A DNA stretch of 64,000 bases from an uncultured Lachnospiraceae bacterium (GCA_902766365.1 CACXDC010000011.1:29323-93322); one strand, 5' to 3'; counted from the stretch's first letter, positions 1 through 8,440 are shown. Numbers and translations are program-made. Notes: generated from the letters alone by a model not told the origin.

Positions 1-1574
1 AGCGGACAGGATATCATATCAAAGATCACTTCTTTATTGTCTCCATCCGGCAGATACATGAAATCTCTGCTGTTTTTCTTCAGGATACGATACAGCTCCA
101 GCATCTCAGACACATCGATCTTCTTGTACGGAAAGCCTGCCGGAATGCTCTCCCATGTCCTCAGCAGTTCATCCAGTGGATGATCCAGTGAAAGCAGGAC
201 CTTGGGAAATCCAAGCCTTGCGTAGGCAATATCCTTCAAAGGTTCTTTTAATGCACTTTCTATCAGGCAAAGTCCCTCTTCATCCCCTGCTGTCACATAC
301 CCCTTTTCATATTTGCCATATCTGCCTGCCCTTCCTGCGATCTGCAGGATCTCCTGCTGTTTCAGGACTCTTCTTTCACTTCCGTCAAATTTGACCGTCT
401 CTCCAAAGACAATTCTCCGGATCGGCAGATTTAATCCCATTCCGATCGCATCTGTGGAAACTACCACCTTGGTATCCCCAGCAAGAAATTTACGTACTTC
501 CTTCTTGCGGATCTCCGGTGGGAGATGCCCGTAGATCACGCTTGCACTGATCCCGGAAAGCTCCAGTCTGGCCGCCATATCAAGCACTGCACGCTTGCTG
601 AACATGATAATGGCATCTCCTTCTTTGATATCTTCTGCCAGGTTTTCTTTCAGGGATACCGGCTCGGTCTCCAACACCAGCTCGGTCTTTCTTTCATGGT
701 AAACCACTTCATAGGTATCATTACATTTTTCTATGATCTTCTTCAGGATGACTTCCGCATCCTGGCTTGCACAGACATGGATCAGTGGACAACGGATCCC
801 AAGGATCGCCTTAACCCAGTTACTTCCCCGGAAATCATCCTCGATCATCTGTGCCTCATCGATAACAGCAATGTCGTATTCATCATCCATTGCCAGCATT
901 TCTATGGTCTGCGATGTCACCGTACTGTTTTCCACATAAAGGGTTTCCTCCCCGGTAACCATCGTGCAGTTTACCTGGTTTTCTGCCATCAGATCATAGA
1001 CTTCCAATGCCAGGAGACGTAAGGGTGACAGATAGGTTCCGTGTTCCGCCCTCATCAGCATCTGCAGGGCATCATGTGTCTTACCGGAGTTGGTCGGTCC
1101 GATATGCAGGATAAAATGTCTCTGCATCTGCCTTGCCTGCGGATACTCCATAGTCGGCTCCGTCGTTACCATCCCGGCGATCTGCCGCTTCATGACACCC
1201 TGTCTGTAATTCTGATATTTATCAGGAAGGGCAATCCCCTTCGTCATAAAAGAAGGCCTGGAGAGAAAATACTCACAGAAGTCATCCTCATACTGTTTAT
1301 TCTGAATATAATTATAATCCTGCTTGGCCAGTGTGCGGACAGCATCCTTGACCTTCTTCAGCATTGGCTGATCATCCGTCTGCAGTGCTATGGCATATAA
1401 TACCGCTATGCTGGCATACAAAGAGGGCATCTTCAGAACTTTACCGTCCCTGATATTCTGACAGGTTGTGGTTACCTTCTTCTGAAGCTTATCCTGCTTT
1501 CCTGTCTTTTTCAGTGAAGCGGCATATCTTCCGTATGCCCTGCAATATCTGTCTGTAAATTTTGCTTTATCCAT
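1..1574 (-). CDS. SUV3-like superfamily-2 helicase; C-terminal end cut by the left window edge
   Basis: Absent from the ORF track because it runs off the edge. Manual translation from ATG 1574 gives MDKAKFTDRYCRAY... In one frame it carries Walker A GPTNSGKT, motif II DEAQM, motif V VSTDAIGMGLN and motif VI QIAGRAGR. The + strand ORFs 155-1400 are its antisense shadows. Confidence 0.7.
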   Translation of the reverse strand, partial: MDKAKFTDRYCRAYGRYAASLKKTGKQDKLQKKVTTTCQNIRDGKVLKMPSLYASIAVLYAIALQTDDQPMLKKVKDAVRTLAKQDYNYIQNKQYEDDFCEYFLSRPSFMTKGIALPDKYQNYRQGVMKRQIAGMVTTEPTMEYPQARQMQRHFILHIGPTNSGKTHDALQMLMRAEHGTYLSPLRLLALEVYDLMAENQVNCTMVTGEETLYVENSTVTSQTIEMLAMDDEYDIAVIDEAQMIEDDFRGSNWVKAILGIRCPLIHVCASQDAEVILKKIIEKCNDTYEVVYHERKTELVLETEPVSLKENLAEDIKEGDAIIMFSKRAVLDMAARLELSGISASVIYGHLPPEIRKKEVRKFLAGDTKVVVSTDAIGMGLNLPIRRIVFGETVKFDGSERRVLKQQEILQIAGRAGRYGKYEKGYVTAGDEEGLCLIESALKEPLKDIAYARLGFPKVLLSLDHPLDELLRTWESIPAGFPYKKIDVSEMLELYRILKKNSRDFMYLPDGDNKEVIFDMISCP

Positions 1575-1675
1575 TCTTTATTTTATCCTTTTACGGTGTC
1601 TGCTCCTTATTCATCTGTGGATTCTCCCCTGTCAAAAATCCAGTTTTTATTGTAACATTGCACCGCAAACAATGC

Positions 1676-1720
1676 AAGAACCCGGTTCAGGTTCCGTTCT
1701 CCTGCCTGCACCGGGTTCTT
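1676..1720 (-). terminator. Hairpin downstream of the lyase gene (11-bp stem AAGAACCCGGT/ACCGGGTTCTT, 23-nt loop)
   Basis: Perfect inverted repeat read directly. The U-tract is poor on the minus strand and better on the plus strand, so its function is uncertain. Confidence 0.35.
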
Positions 1721-1755
1721 TTCTTTCTGCTATACTCTTCAGTTCGGTCGTTCAC

Positions 1756-2943
1756 TTATAAAAGCCCTGTCTTCTCCAGTGCCTGTCTGATGTCCTCCTT
1801 CAGATCCTCCACATCCTCAAGACCTACTGCCAGACGGAAAAAGCCGTTTGAGAACTGCTCCGGATAGAGATACTGTCTCTCATCATCTTCTCCGAGGAAT
1901 ACGATCAGTGTCTCGTCATGTCCAAGAGAAACCGCAGACAGGATCAGTTTCAGATTACTTACAAAACGGTTGTGGGTATCATGATCCGCATCCTTTAAGC
2001 CAAAGGAAAGCACACCACCATAGCCGGGGCTCATCTGTTTCCTGGCAAGTTCATGCTGGGGATGGCTTTCAAGCCCCGGGTAGGCTACAAAACTGACGCA
2101 GGGCAGGCTTTCCAGATAGGCAGCAAGTGCCATGGCATTTTCATTATGCTGCTTCATACGAAGAGGCAGTGTAGCGCTTCCCCTCATGATCAGCCAGGCA
2201 TTAAAAGGACTGATCACGCCGCCAAGGTTCACCTGGGACTGTGCCCTTACGATATCCAGGTACTCTTTTTTACCAATGATCGCGCCACCCATGGCATCCC
2301 CATGGCCATTGATGTACTTTGTCATACTTTCTACCGTAAAATCTGCACCAAATTCAAGTGGTCTCTGATTGTAGGGAGAAGCAAATGTATTATCCACAGA
2401 AAGAAGTGCCCCGTTTTCATGGGCGATCCGCGCAATCTCCTCAATATCAGAAATCTGCAGAGTGGGATTTCCCGGTGTTTCAATGTGGATCAGCTTCGTA
2501 TTCGGTCGGATCGCTGCTGCCACATTGGCAGGATCTGAGGTATCCACGATCGTTGTCTCCACACCAAATTTGGTATTAAACAGCTCGTGAAAAAGCCGGT
2601 AAACCGCAATATAAGTCACACTGGAAAAGATCACATGATCTCCCTGCTTCAAAAGAGCAAAGAAAAGACCGGAAAGAGCTGCAACACCACTGGCAAGTAC
2701 CACACAATCCTCACCACCCTCCAGATCTGCTATTTTTTGCTGCAGATATTTCTGGTTGCAGCCGCCGTTTCTGGTATACAGATTGCCATCCGCACTGCTC
2801 CAGTTCATTGTCGTCGGATCATAGGGAAGCTGAAAGCTGTTAGCCAGCGTGATCGGACGCTGGATTGCTCCGGTTTCCTTATCTACTTCATTTCCCGTAT
2901 GGATCGCCCTGGTACTGAACCCATATCCACTCTCTTTTTTCAT
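1756..2943 (-). CDS. PLP-dependent Cys/Met-metabolism enzyme (methionine gamma-lyase / O-acetylhomoserine sulfhydrylase family)
   Basis: 395-aa ORF. The family pattern includes STRAIHTG, DNTFASPY and the PLP-lysine context SMTKYINGHGD. Confidence 0.8.
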   Translation of the reverse strand: MKKESGYGFSTRAIHTGNEVDKETGAIQRPITLANSFQLPYDPTTMNWSSADGNLYTRNGGCNQKYLQQKIADLEGGEDCVVLASGVAALSGLFFALLKQGDHVIFSSVTYIAVYRLFHELFNTKFGVETTIVDTSDPANVAAAIRPNTKLIHIETPGNPTLQISDIEEIARIAHENGALLSVDNTFASPYNQRPLEFGADFTVESMTKYINGHGDAMGGAIIGKKEYLDIVRAQSQVNLGGVISPFNAWLIMRGSATLPLRMKQHNENAMALAAYLESLPCVSFVAYPGLESHPQHELARKQMSPGYGGVLSFGLKDADHDTHNRFVSNLKLILSAVSLGHDETLIVFLGEDDERQYLYPEQFSNGFFRLAVGLEDVEDLKEDIRQALEKTGLL

Positions 2944-2998
2944 GATCAGTTCTCCTCTCTATGTATAATATATTTCCTATATGTTTACTATGAATTAT

Positions 2999-3027
2999 AT
3001 TATAGCACAGAGCTTTTCCCATGTAAA
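2999..3027 (-). promoter_or_regulatory. SigmaA-type promoter for the lyase gene
   Basis: The minus strand reads TTTACA (3027-3022), a 17-nt spacer, then TGTGCTATAAT with TATAAT at 3004-2999 and an extended TG. Confidence 0.5.
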
Positions 3028-3058
3028 TAACCAAAAGAGGTACCATTTATCACTCAGT

Positions 3059-3844
3059 TTAAGTAAGGATGGAAGAAAGAATCCCCTTTCCCAGATCACT
3101 TTTCTGCAGTTCATCCGGGATTTCGAACAACTGGCAGATATATTCTTTCTGAAAGATCTCCTCTGCCGTTCCATACCTGTCAGCAAACTCTCCCTTTACA
3201 CAGAGGATCCTGTCAGATACCCGGGAAGCCAGTTCCAGTTCATGCAGCGACATGATAACAGTCAGGTTTCTCTCCCTCTGCAGCTTTAAAAGGATCGACA
3301 AAAATTCCAGCTTGTATTTAATGTCAAGATAGGAAGTCGGCTCATCCAGTATAAGAAGCTCCGGCTCCTGACAGATCGCCCTTGCAAGAAGCACCCTCTG
3401 CCTCTGTCCATCACTGATCCTTCCATAATCTTTTTCCGAAAGTTCCTGCACATGGACAAGTTTCATGGCCCTTTCTATTTTTTCTTCATCTTCCGCTGAA
3501 AGGAGTCCAAAACGACCTGTGTATGGATACCTGCCAAATGCCACAACATCCCGGCACGTCATCAGTTCTGTGTGAAGTCTGTCTGTCAGGACGACTGCCA
3601 TCGTTTTGGCCAGTTCTTCCCTGCTGCAGGATACAAGATCTTTTTCTCCAAAATACATCCTGCCACCAAGAGCTGAAAGCTGTCTTGCAATGCTTTTCAG
3701 GATTGTGGATTTTCCGGCACCATTTGGTCCGATCAGCGTCATGATCCTGCCTTTTTCCAGGGAAAGCGTGATATCCCGGATCAGAGGCTTTCCATCATAT
3801 CCGACTGTCAGTTTATCCAGTTTGAATTCATAATTCTGTTCCAT
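3059..3844 (-). CDS. ABC transporter ATP-binding protein, iron-chelate (FecE/FepC-like) type
   Basis: Walker A GPNGAGKST, signature LSDGQRQRV, Walker B LLILDEPTSYLD. It lies downstream of a FecCD permease. Confidence 0.85.
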   Translation of the reverse strand: MEQNYEFKLDKLTVGYDGKPLIRDITLSLEKGRIMTLIGPNGAGKSTILKSIARQLSALGGRMYFGEKDLVSCSREELAKTMAVVLTDRLHTELMTCRDVVAFGRYPYTGRFGLLSAEDEEKIERAMKLVHVQELSEKDYGRISDGQRQRVLLARAICQEPELLILDEPTSYLDIKYKLEFLSILLKLQRERNLTVIMSLHELELASRVSDRILCVKGEFADRYGTAEEIFQKEYICQLFEIPDELQKSDLGKGILSSILT

Positions 3845-3932
3845 GTCCGCTCCTCATACCATTCTGCCTGCCCTGTACGCCTTCCAGGCAACTCTCCGCT
3901 TTTCTGCCGCTCTATGCGCATTCCAGACGATA

Positions 3933-4952
3933 TTATACTTCTTTTCTCCTCTTTGCCATCACGATCAGCACCACCGGTGCACCAAACACTGCCGTCACTG
4001 TGCTGATACTCAGCTCCGTAGGTGAAAAGACCATACGGGCGATCAGATCTGAAAGCAGACAGAATACCGCCCCTCCAAGGAAGCAGGCCGGTATCATCAG
4101 AATAGGCTTTGACGATCCCAGAAGCCGTTTCACCATATGCGGCGTTGCCACACCCACAAAGGACACCGGTCCTGCAAAGGCAACCACACAGGCTGACAGG
4201 ATACTCGACAGAATCACAAGGCTCACCTTCAGAAAAGGAACATTGACCCCAAGGCTCTTTGCTGTCACTTCCGATATCTCATAGGCTCCAATGGGCTTTG
4301 CCAGGAAAAATACAAGCAAAAGTCCGCAGATCACCACAACCGCCATTACCTGTACATTTGCCATATTGATCCCCGAAAAGCTCCCTCTTGACCAGTTATG
4401 CAGGTTCACGATCTGCGAATCCTCCGCAAACGTCACGATAAAATCTGTGATCGCCGAACAGATATAACCGATCATCACACCGCTTACGATCAGTGCAGAC
4501 ATTTTGCTGACACGCTTTGACATGGCAAGTACAAAGGCCATGGACAGAATTGCACCCACAAATGCTGCTGTGATCATCATCAGCGAGCTTAACTGCATCG
4601 CCTTCTTTAGTGAAAGAATCATCAGAACCGCTACTGCCAGCTTGGCCCCTGACGAAATGCCAAGCACAAAGGGGCCTGCAATGGGATTTCTGAAAAAGCT
4701 CTGCAAAAGATAACCGGACAGAGCAAGTGCCCCACCGAGAAGCAGCGAAGCCAGTGCCCTTGGAAGCCTGATCTTTCCAATGATCCCTGCTGTCACCTCC
4801 GGCACATTCCTTCCAAGGAAATAGTCCTTTACCTCCAAAAAGGAAACCGGCACACTGCCAATGCAGATATTACTTATAAAAAGTACGACAAGCAGAACAA
4901 CCAGCACAGCAAAGGCTGTTCCATATCGTCTTCTCCGCTTCTTTTTGTCCAT
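3933..4952 (-). CDS. FecCD/BtuC-family ABC permease
   Basis: 339-aa polytopic membrane protein with the typical FecCD pattern (LLLGGALALSGYLLQ..., GAPVVLIVM). Confidence 0.85.
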   Translation of the reverse strand: MDKKKRRRRYGTAFAVLVVLLVVLFISNICIGSVPVSFLEVKDYFLGRNVPEVTAGIIGKIRLPRALASLLLGGALALSGYLLQSFFRNPIAGPFVLGISSGAKLAVAVLMILSLKKAMQLSSLMMITAAFVGAILSMAFVLAMSKRVSKMSALIVSGVMIGYICSAITDFIVTFAEDSQIVNLHNWSRGSFSGINMANVQVMAVVVICGLLLVFFLAKPIGAYEISEVTAKSLGVNVPFLKVSLVILSSILSACVVAFAGPVSFVGVATPHMVKRLLGSSKPILMIPACFLGGAVFCLLSDLIARMVFSPTELSISTVTAVFGAPVVLIVMAKRRKEV

Positions 4953-4975
4953 TTCTCAAAATTCCTTCCCTTTTT

Positions 4976-6643
4976 TCACGAAAGTGGGTACATAAACTGC
5001 AGATCCTTTTTCCCTGTCAGCATCTTATGCACATCTTCAATAAAAACTCCGGCTGACAGTGACCTCTGGTACAGGTCTCCGGTAGTACAGAATACACGCC
5101 CTTCTTTCACTGCCTTAAAATCCTTCAGCACCTCATCCTTATCGCACAGTTCCTGAATCGAATGTACTTCCCCTTCGATCGTGCTGTTGTAGATCAGATA
5201 ATCGGCATCCTTCGCCTGCTGATAAAAAGCTTCCATCTGCATATTAACACTGGCTCTGCCATCACTGTTTTCTCCGGTGCTTTCCGGGATATAGCTTCCA
5301 CCGGCAAGTGCTATCATCTCCGGCACATAATCCGTAGACTTCCTCACATTTACACCGCCGGATGCATTGATATAAAAGAAAGCCACCGTAGGAAGCTCAG
5401 ACTGCTCTGCCATTTCTTCTGTCACACGTTCCAATATTTCTTCCTGTTCCCTGAAAACAGCTTCTGCCTCTTCTTCCCTGGAAAGCAGCGCCCCATAGAA
5501 CTTCACCCACTCTACTCTTCCAAGCGGATGCGTCTCGTAGCTGGAATAATCGATCAGCACCGGAATACCCAGAGCCTCCAGCTGCTCCCTGACCTCCGGA
5601 GTATGAAAGATCATCGTATTCTCCACGGCAAGCCTGCAGCCTCCTGAAAGAAGCTGTTCATAATCTGGTGCACTGTATTTCCCGGCATACAGGATCTTGC
5701 CATCTGCCATGGCCTTTCTGGCCTCTTCAATTCCCCAGCTTTCCTCTGTCAGAGAAGAATACCGGATACAGGACATGTCATCATCCAGTCCTGCAAAGAA
5801 ATCCATCACGGCTGAGGCTGCAATATAAATATCTGTCACCGGCTGCTGTAATACCTGTACATCCTCCGGAAGATCATCCGGAACCTCGCCCTTTTCCGGG
5901 ATCAGCAGCATGCGTTTTTCATCCCTCGTTGTAAGAAGCTGATAACCACCCTCATATTCATCTATCCGAAATTCCCTGGCATAGGTAAGGGGAACACTTC
6001 CCGTATAGGTAAGGGCACTGCTGATCTGTGGATCTCCCTTAAGAGTCTCTGAATCTTCCTTTCCCATCTGCCCGGCATTCTGAAGCTGCTCACTGTCCGT
6101 GGACTGTCCGGCATTTCCTGTCTGTCCTTCGCTCTTAGACAGTTCTCCAGCGTGAAATGTCAGTGTATATTCCACTTCATGTGGCTTACTCATGGCCGTC
6201 GTGTCAGCAGTTACCGGAATTTTCTCATCAAGTGCTGCTACCGGGATCTCAAATACCGAGTTTCCCTCTGTATTGACCGGCAGATATTTCTCTCCGTCCA
6301 CCAGCATATAATCATAGTTTGAACTGCTCCACTCAATCCTGGCCGTCATCTGACCACCAGAAACTGTAATCTCACAGGGAGATGCCACTGTGGCTCTGCC
6401 GCTTCCGCCAGAGAGAGTTACTTCCACCTCATATGTGCCATCTGCCAGCCCCTGCTCGTTGCCCGGCTCTCCGCTACTGCTCTGATCTCCGGCACTGCCC
6501 TCAATGGCATCCCTGTTTTGTCCTTCTTCTGTACCACTCTGCCCCGTCCTGCCGCAGGCACCTGTAAACAGCAGTGTACTGCAGACCGCCAGGATCCAGA
6601 TTCGTTTCCAGTTCTTTTTTCTGTTTTCAAACATTCTTTTCAT
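4976..6643 (-). CDS. Lipoprotein substrate-binding protein (class III, FhuD/BtuF-like) with an extra N-terminal domain
   Basis: Signal peptide with the Cys in LLFTGAC. Residues 67-164 form an unassigned beta-rich domain, followed by a low-complexity linker. The C-terminal ~340 aa look like a periplasmic binding-protein type 2 fold. Confidence 0.75.
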   Translation of the reverse strand: MKRMFENRKKNWKRIWILAVCSTLLFTGACGRTGQSGTEEGQNRDAIEGSAGDQSSSGEPGNEQGLADGTYEVEVTLSGGSGRATVASPCEITVSGGQMTARIEWSSSNYDYMLVDGEKYLPVNTEGNSVFEIPVAALDEKIPVTADTTAMSKPHEVEYTLTFHAGELSKSEGQTGNAGQSTDSEQLQNAGQMGKEDSETLKGDPQISSALTYTGSVPLTYAREFRIDEYEGGYQLLTTRDEKRMLLIPEKGEVPDDLPEDVQVLQQPVTDIYIAASAVMDFFAGLDDDMSCIRYSSLTEESWGIEEARKAMADGKILYAGKYSAPDYEQLLSGGCRLAVENTMIFHTPEVREQLEALGIPVLIDYSSYETHPLGRVEWVKFYGALLSREEEAEAVFREQEEILERVTEEMAEQSELPTVAFFYINASGGVNVRKSTDYVPEMIALAGGSYIPESTGENSDGRASVNMQMEAFYQQAKDADYLIYNSTIEGEVHSIQELCDKDEVLKDFKAVKEGRVFCTTGDLYQRSLSAGVFIEDVHKMLTGKKDLQFMYPLS

Positions 6644-6661
6644 TTTTATTTTCCTCTGATC

Positions 6662-6695
6662 AAAAAAGAGCCTGAGCCCTGCTTCTTCATCAGGC
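6662..6695 (-). terminator. Weak intrinsic terminator after the toxin-antitoxin pair
   Basis: The minus strand reads GCCTGA-14 nt-TCAGGC followed by TCTTTTTTG. The stem is only 6 bp. Confidence 0.35.
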
Positions 6696-6722
6696 AGTCT
6701 CCCCGATCATTCTCCTTGTCTG

Positions 6723-7766
6723 TTAAAACATTCTTATTTCTCTGGCCAGACTGAATGGAATGATTTCTCCCGGTTTAGTCTCGGTATACGCTTTTTCCTC
6801 ATGCATATACTCAACGATGTCTTTCGTTTTAAAATCTGCAAACCTGATAATTACCTTATCGAGTATAGCCTTTTCCTTTTCATCCAGCACAGCGTAATCC
6901 ATATTGGCCGTTGGATACACATGAAGCATAATATCATAGTTATGATTCACTTCCTCCTGCACATTCAGCTTCTCCAGATTCATCAGGCTGTAATGTCCAA
7001 CAGGAAGCGCTCCCATGGGTTCATGACAATATACCATACCGGTCATTGAACATCCATTTTCAATAAATGCCAGTGCATCCGCATACCAGAGCATTTTCAT
7101 GAGTTTAACCTTGAAAAGATTATTTATCTTCTCTGCCATATAGGAAATCATTGCCTCAATTTTATCTATATTCAGCATTGTAAATCCATTGGAATCAGAC
7201 GGTTCCTCAAAAACTGCATATTCTCCTTCAAATGCCTGTCTTGTGAGAAATTCCTTTCCATAAGAATCCAGCTTTTCTACTATCTTCGTTCTGATCTCCA
7301 GTCGTTTCATTACAGGAAATTTATCCGCATTTTTCTTTAAAAATTCCAATGCCTGCAAAGGATTATCTTTTATCAGGCGAAGCATGGTATCATAGGCTTC
7401 ATCCTGAATTGCCTTACTTTCATACCGGGATATTGTTGCTTCTCCCCATCCCAGCAGTTTGGCAAGATCAACCTGGGATAATCCATAGCTTTCTCTGATC
7501 GCTATGATTTCATCAGAAGTAAGTAATCCCAGTTTAATACGATAGGCATTTCTTGCATTCAGAAGATTCTGATTCGCCATTGCTCCAGTCTCAAACTCAT
7601 TCTCCTCTTTGTCAGCATTGGCACAAAAATAAAACCTCTCTTCGTAGGCAACTTCTTCCCCTTTTATCATGGTGGTCGTTATTCTTTTTCTTTCTTCAAC
7701 TTCATGAATTTTATCACATAGTGGACAATTCATATGAACTTTTCTTATTAATGTATTAGCTTCCAT
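6723..7766 (-). CDS. Tripartite antitoxin: MqsA-like Zn-ribbon + XRE HTH + DUF4065/Panacea domain
   Basis: N-terminus CPLC...FC, HTH LSQVDLAKLLGWGEATISRYESK, C-terminal KLMKMLWYADALAFIENGCSMTGMVYCHEPMGALPVG. GGAGG at 7774-7778 is 7 nt from ATG 7766. The ORF-track start at 7772 is only 1 nt from the GGAGG. Confidence 0.7.
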   Translation of the reverse strand: MEANTLIRKVHMNCPLCDKIHEVEERKRITTTMIKGEEVAYEERFYFCANADKEENEFETGAMANQNLLNARNAYRIKLGLLTSDEIIAIRESYGLSQVDLAKLLGWGEATISRYESKAIQDEAYDTMLRLIKDNPLQALEFLKKNADKFPVMKRLEIRTKIVEKLDSYGKEFLTRQAFEGEYAVFEEPSDSNGFTMLNIDKIEAMISYMAEKINNLFKVKLMKMLWYADALAFIENGCSMTGMVYCHEPMGALPVGHYSLMNLEKLNVQEEVNHNYDIMLHVYPTANMDYAVLDEKEKAILDKVIIRFADFKTKDIVEYMHEEKAYTETKPGEIIPFSLAREIRMF

Positions 7767-7787
7767 TGTCATGCCTCCTTCTGTGCT

Positions 7788-8213
7788 TCATTCTGTATAT
7801 GGGAAATTCATTTTTTCCCTGGCATAATGAAATGATACACATAAAACCTGCTTCTGCTGATCTCTGATTTTTAATTTTATATATATCAGCCTGCCATTTA
7901 TATCCTTTCCAAATACAAACAGCAAAGGCGGATTGGTATCATCTTTATCTATCTTTGTTTCAGAATACTCTTCAGTCTTTAATTCCTTTAACCTGCTGAC
8001 TACATCCTCTGCATCATAATCAAGCTCCAACAACGTATATGGTGTTGAAAACTTACAGTCCTTTCCCTGTTTTTTCCTGCGGATCAGGATTAAATCTGTA
8101 TTTATATCAAAATCTTCTTTTTCAAGCAATTTATGCAGTTCATCCAGAAAAGCTTCTACTTCTCTTTTTTTCGACTGGTAACTGAGAAATATGTTTATCA
8201 CCTCCGTTTTCAT
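7788..8213 (-). CDS. MqsR-family-like toxin (putative mRNA interferase)
   Basis: The C-terminal core LLFVFGKDINGRLIYIKLKIRDQQKQVLCVSFHYAREKMNFPY parallels the MqsR YLKITV...VLIVSFKEK core. It lies upstream of an MqsA-like gene. The ORF-track start at 8273 is upstream of the promoter, so ATG 8213 is preferred. Confidence 0.6.
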   Translation of the reverse strand: MKTEVINIFLSYQSKKREVEAFLDELHKLLEKEDFDINTDLILIRRKKQGKDCKFSTPYTLLELDYDAEDVVSRLKELKTEEYSETKIDKDDTNPPLLFVFGKDINGRLIYIKLKIRDQQKQVLCVSFHYAREKMNFPYTE

Positions 8214-8255
8214 ACTATCATATGATAGTATACCAATCAATTGATAGTGTGTCAA
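8214..8255 (-). promoter_or_regulatory. Promoter of the toxin-antitoxin operon with two palindromic operator candidates
   Basis: TTGACA (8255-8250), 17-nt spacer, TATACT (8232-8227). The palindrome ATCAATTGAT (8236-8245) sits in the spacer. The perfect 16-bp palindrome ACTATCATATGATAGT (8214-8229) spans the -10 and +1 positions. Confidence 0.6.
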
Positions 8256-8330
8256 TTTTAAAGCCTGATACATTCCATATCAAAACAAATTTCATTTAAA
8301 AAGGATTCACCGGATACTTTTCTCATAGGT

Positions 8331-8412
8331 ATGGCACCAAGAAAGAATCCTGCCCGGAGGGCTTTTTTTTGTCATTGGAACATTACGGAGCAATTTCCCA
8401 TGACATAAAAAA
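8331..8412. repeat. Intergenic repeat, copy A (82 nt)
   Basis: About 89 percent identical to 40875-41026 once the insertion in copy B is removed. It contains GCCCGGAGGGC plus a T-run and the imperfect hairpin TGTCATTGGAA...TTCCCATGACA. Confidence 0.7.
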
Positions 8413-8440
8413 GATGTACAGCTACTCTGCCATACATCTT
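8405..8440 (-). terminator. Intrinsic terminator of the arsR-family operon
   Basis: The minus strand reads AAGATGTA-14 nt-TACATCTT followed by TTTTAT, 44 nt after the stop codon at 8484. Confidence 0.55.

Noticed and set aside
155-1400. Several + strand ORFs (79-165 aa) listed at the left end
   Set aside because: They have no motifs and lie antisense to a minus-strand frame carrying a complete helicase motif set. They are treated as shadow ORFs.
6644-6722. Cobalamin riboswitch or Fur box upstream of the binding-protein gene
   Set aside because: The gap is only 79 nt and is largely occupied by a terminator-like hairpin. No GATAATGATAATCATTATC-like sequence or B12-box was seen.
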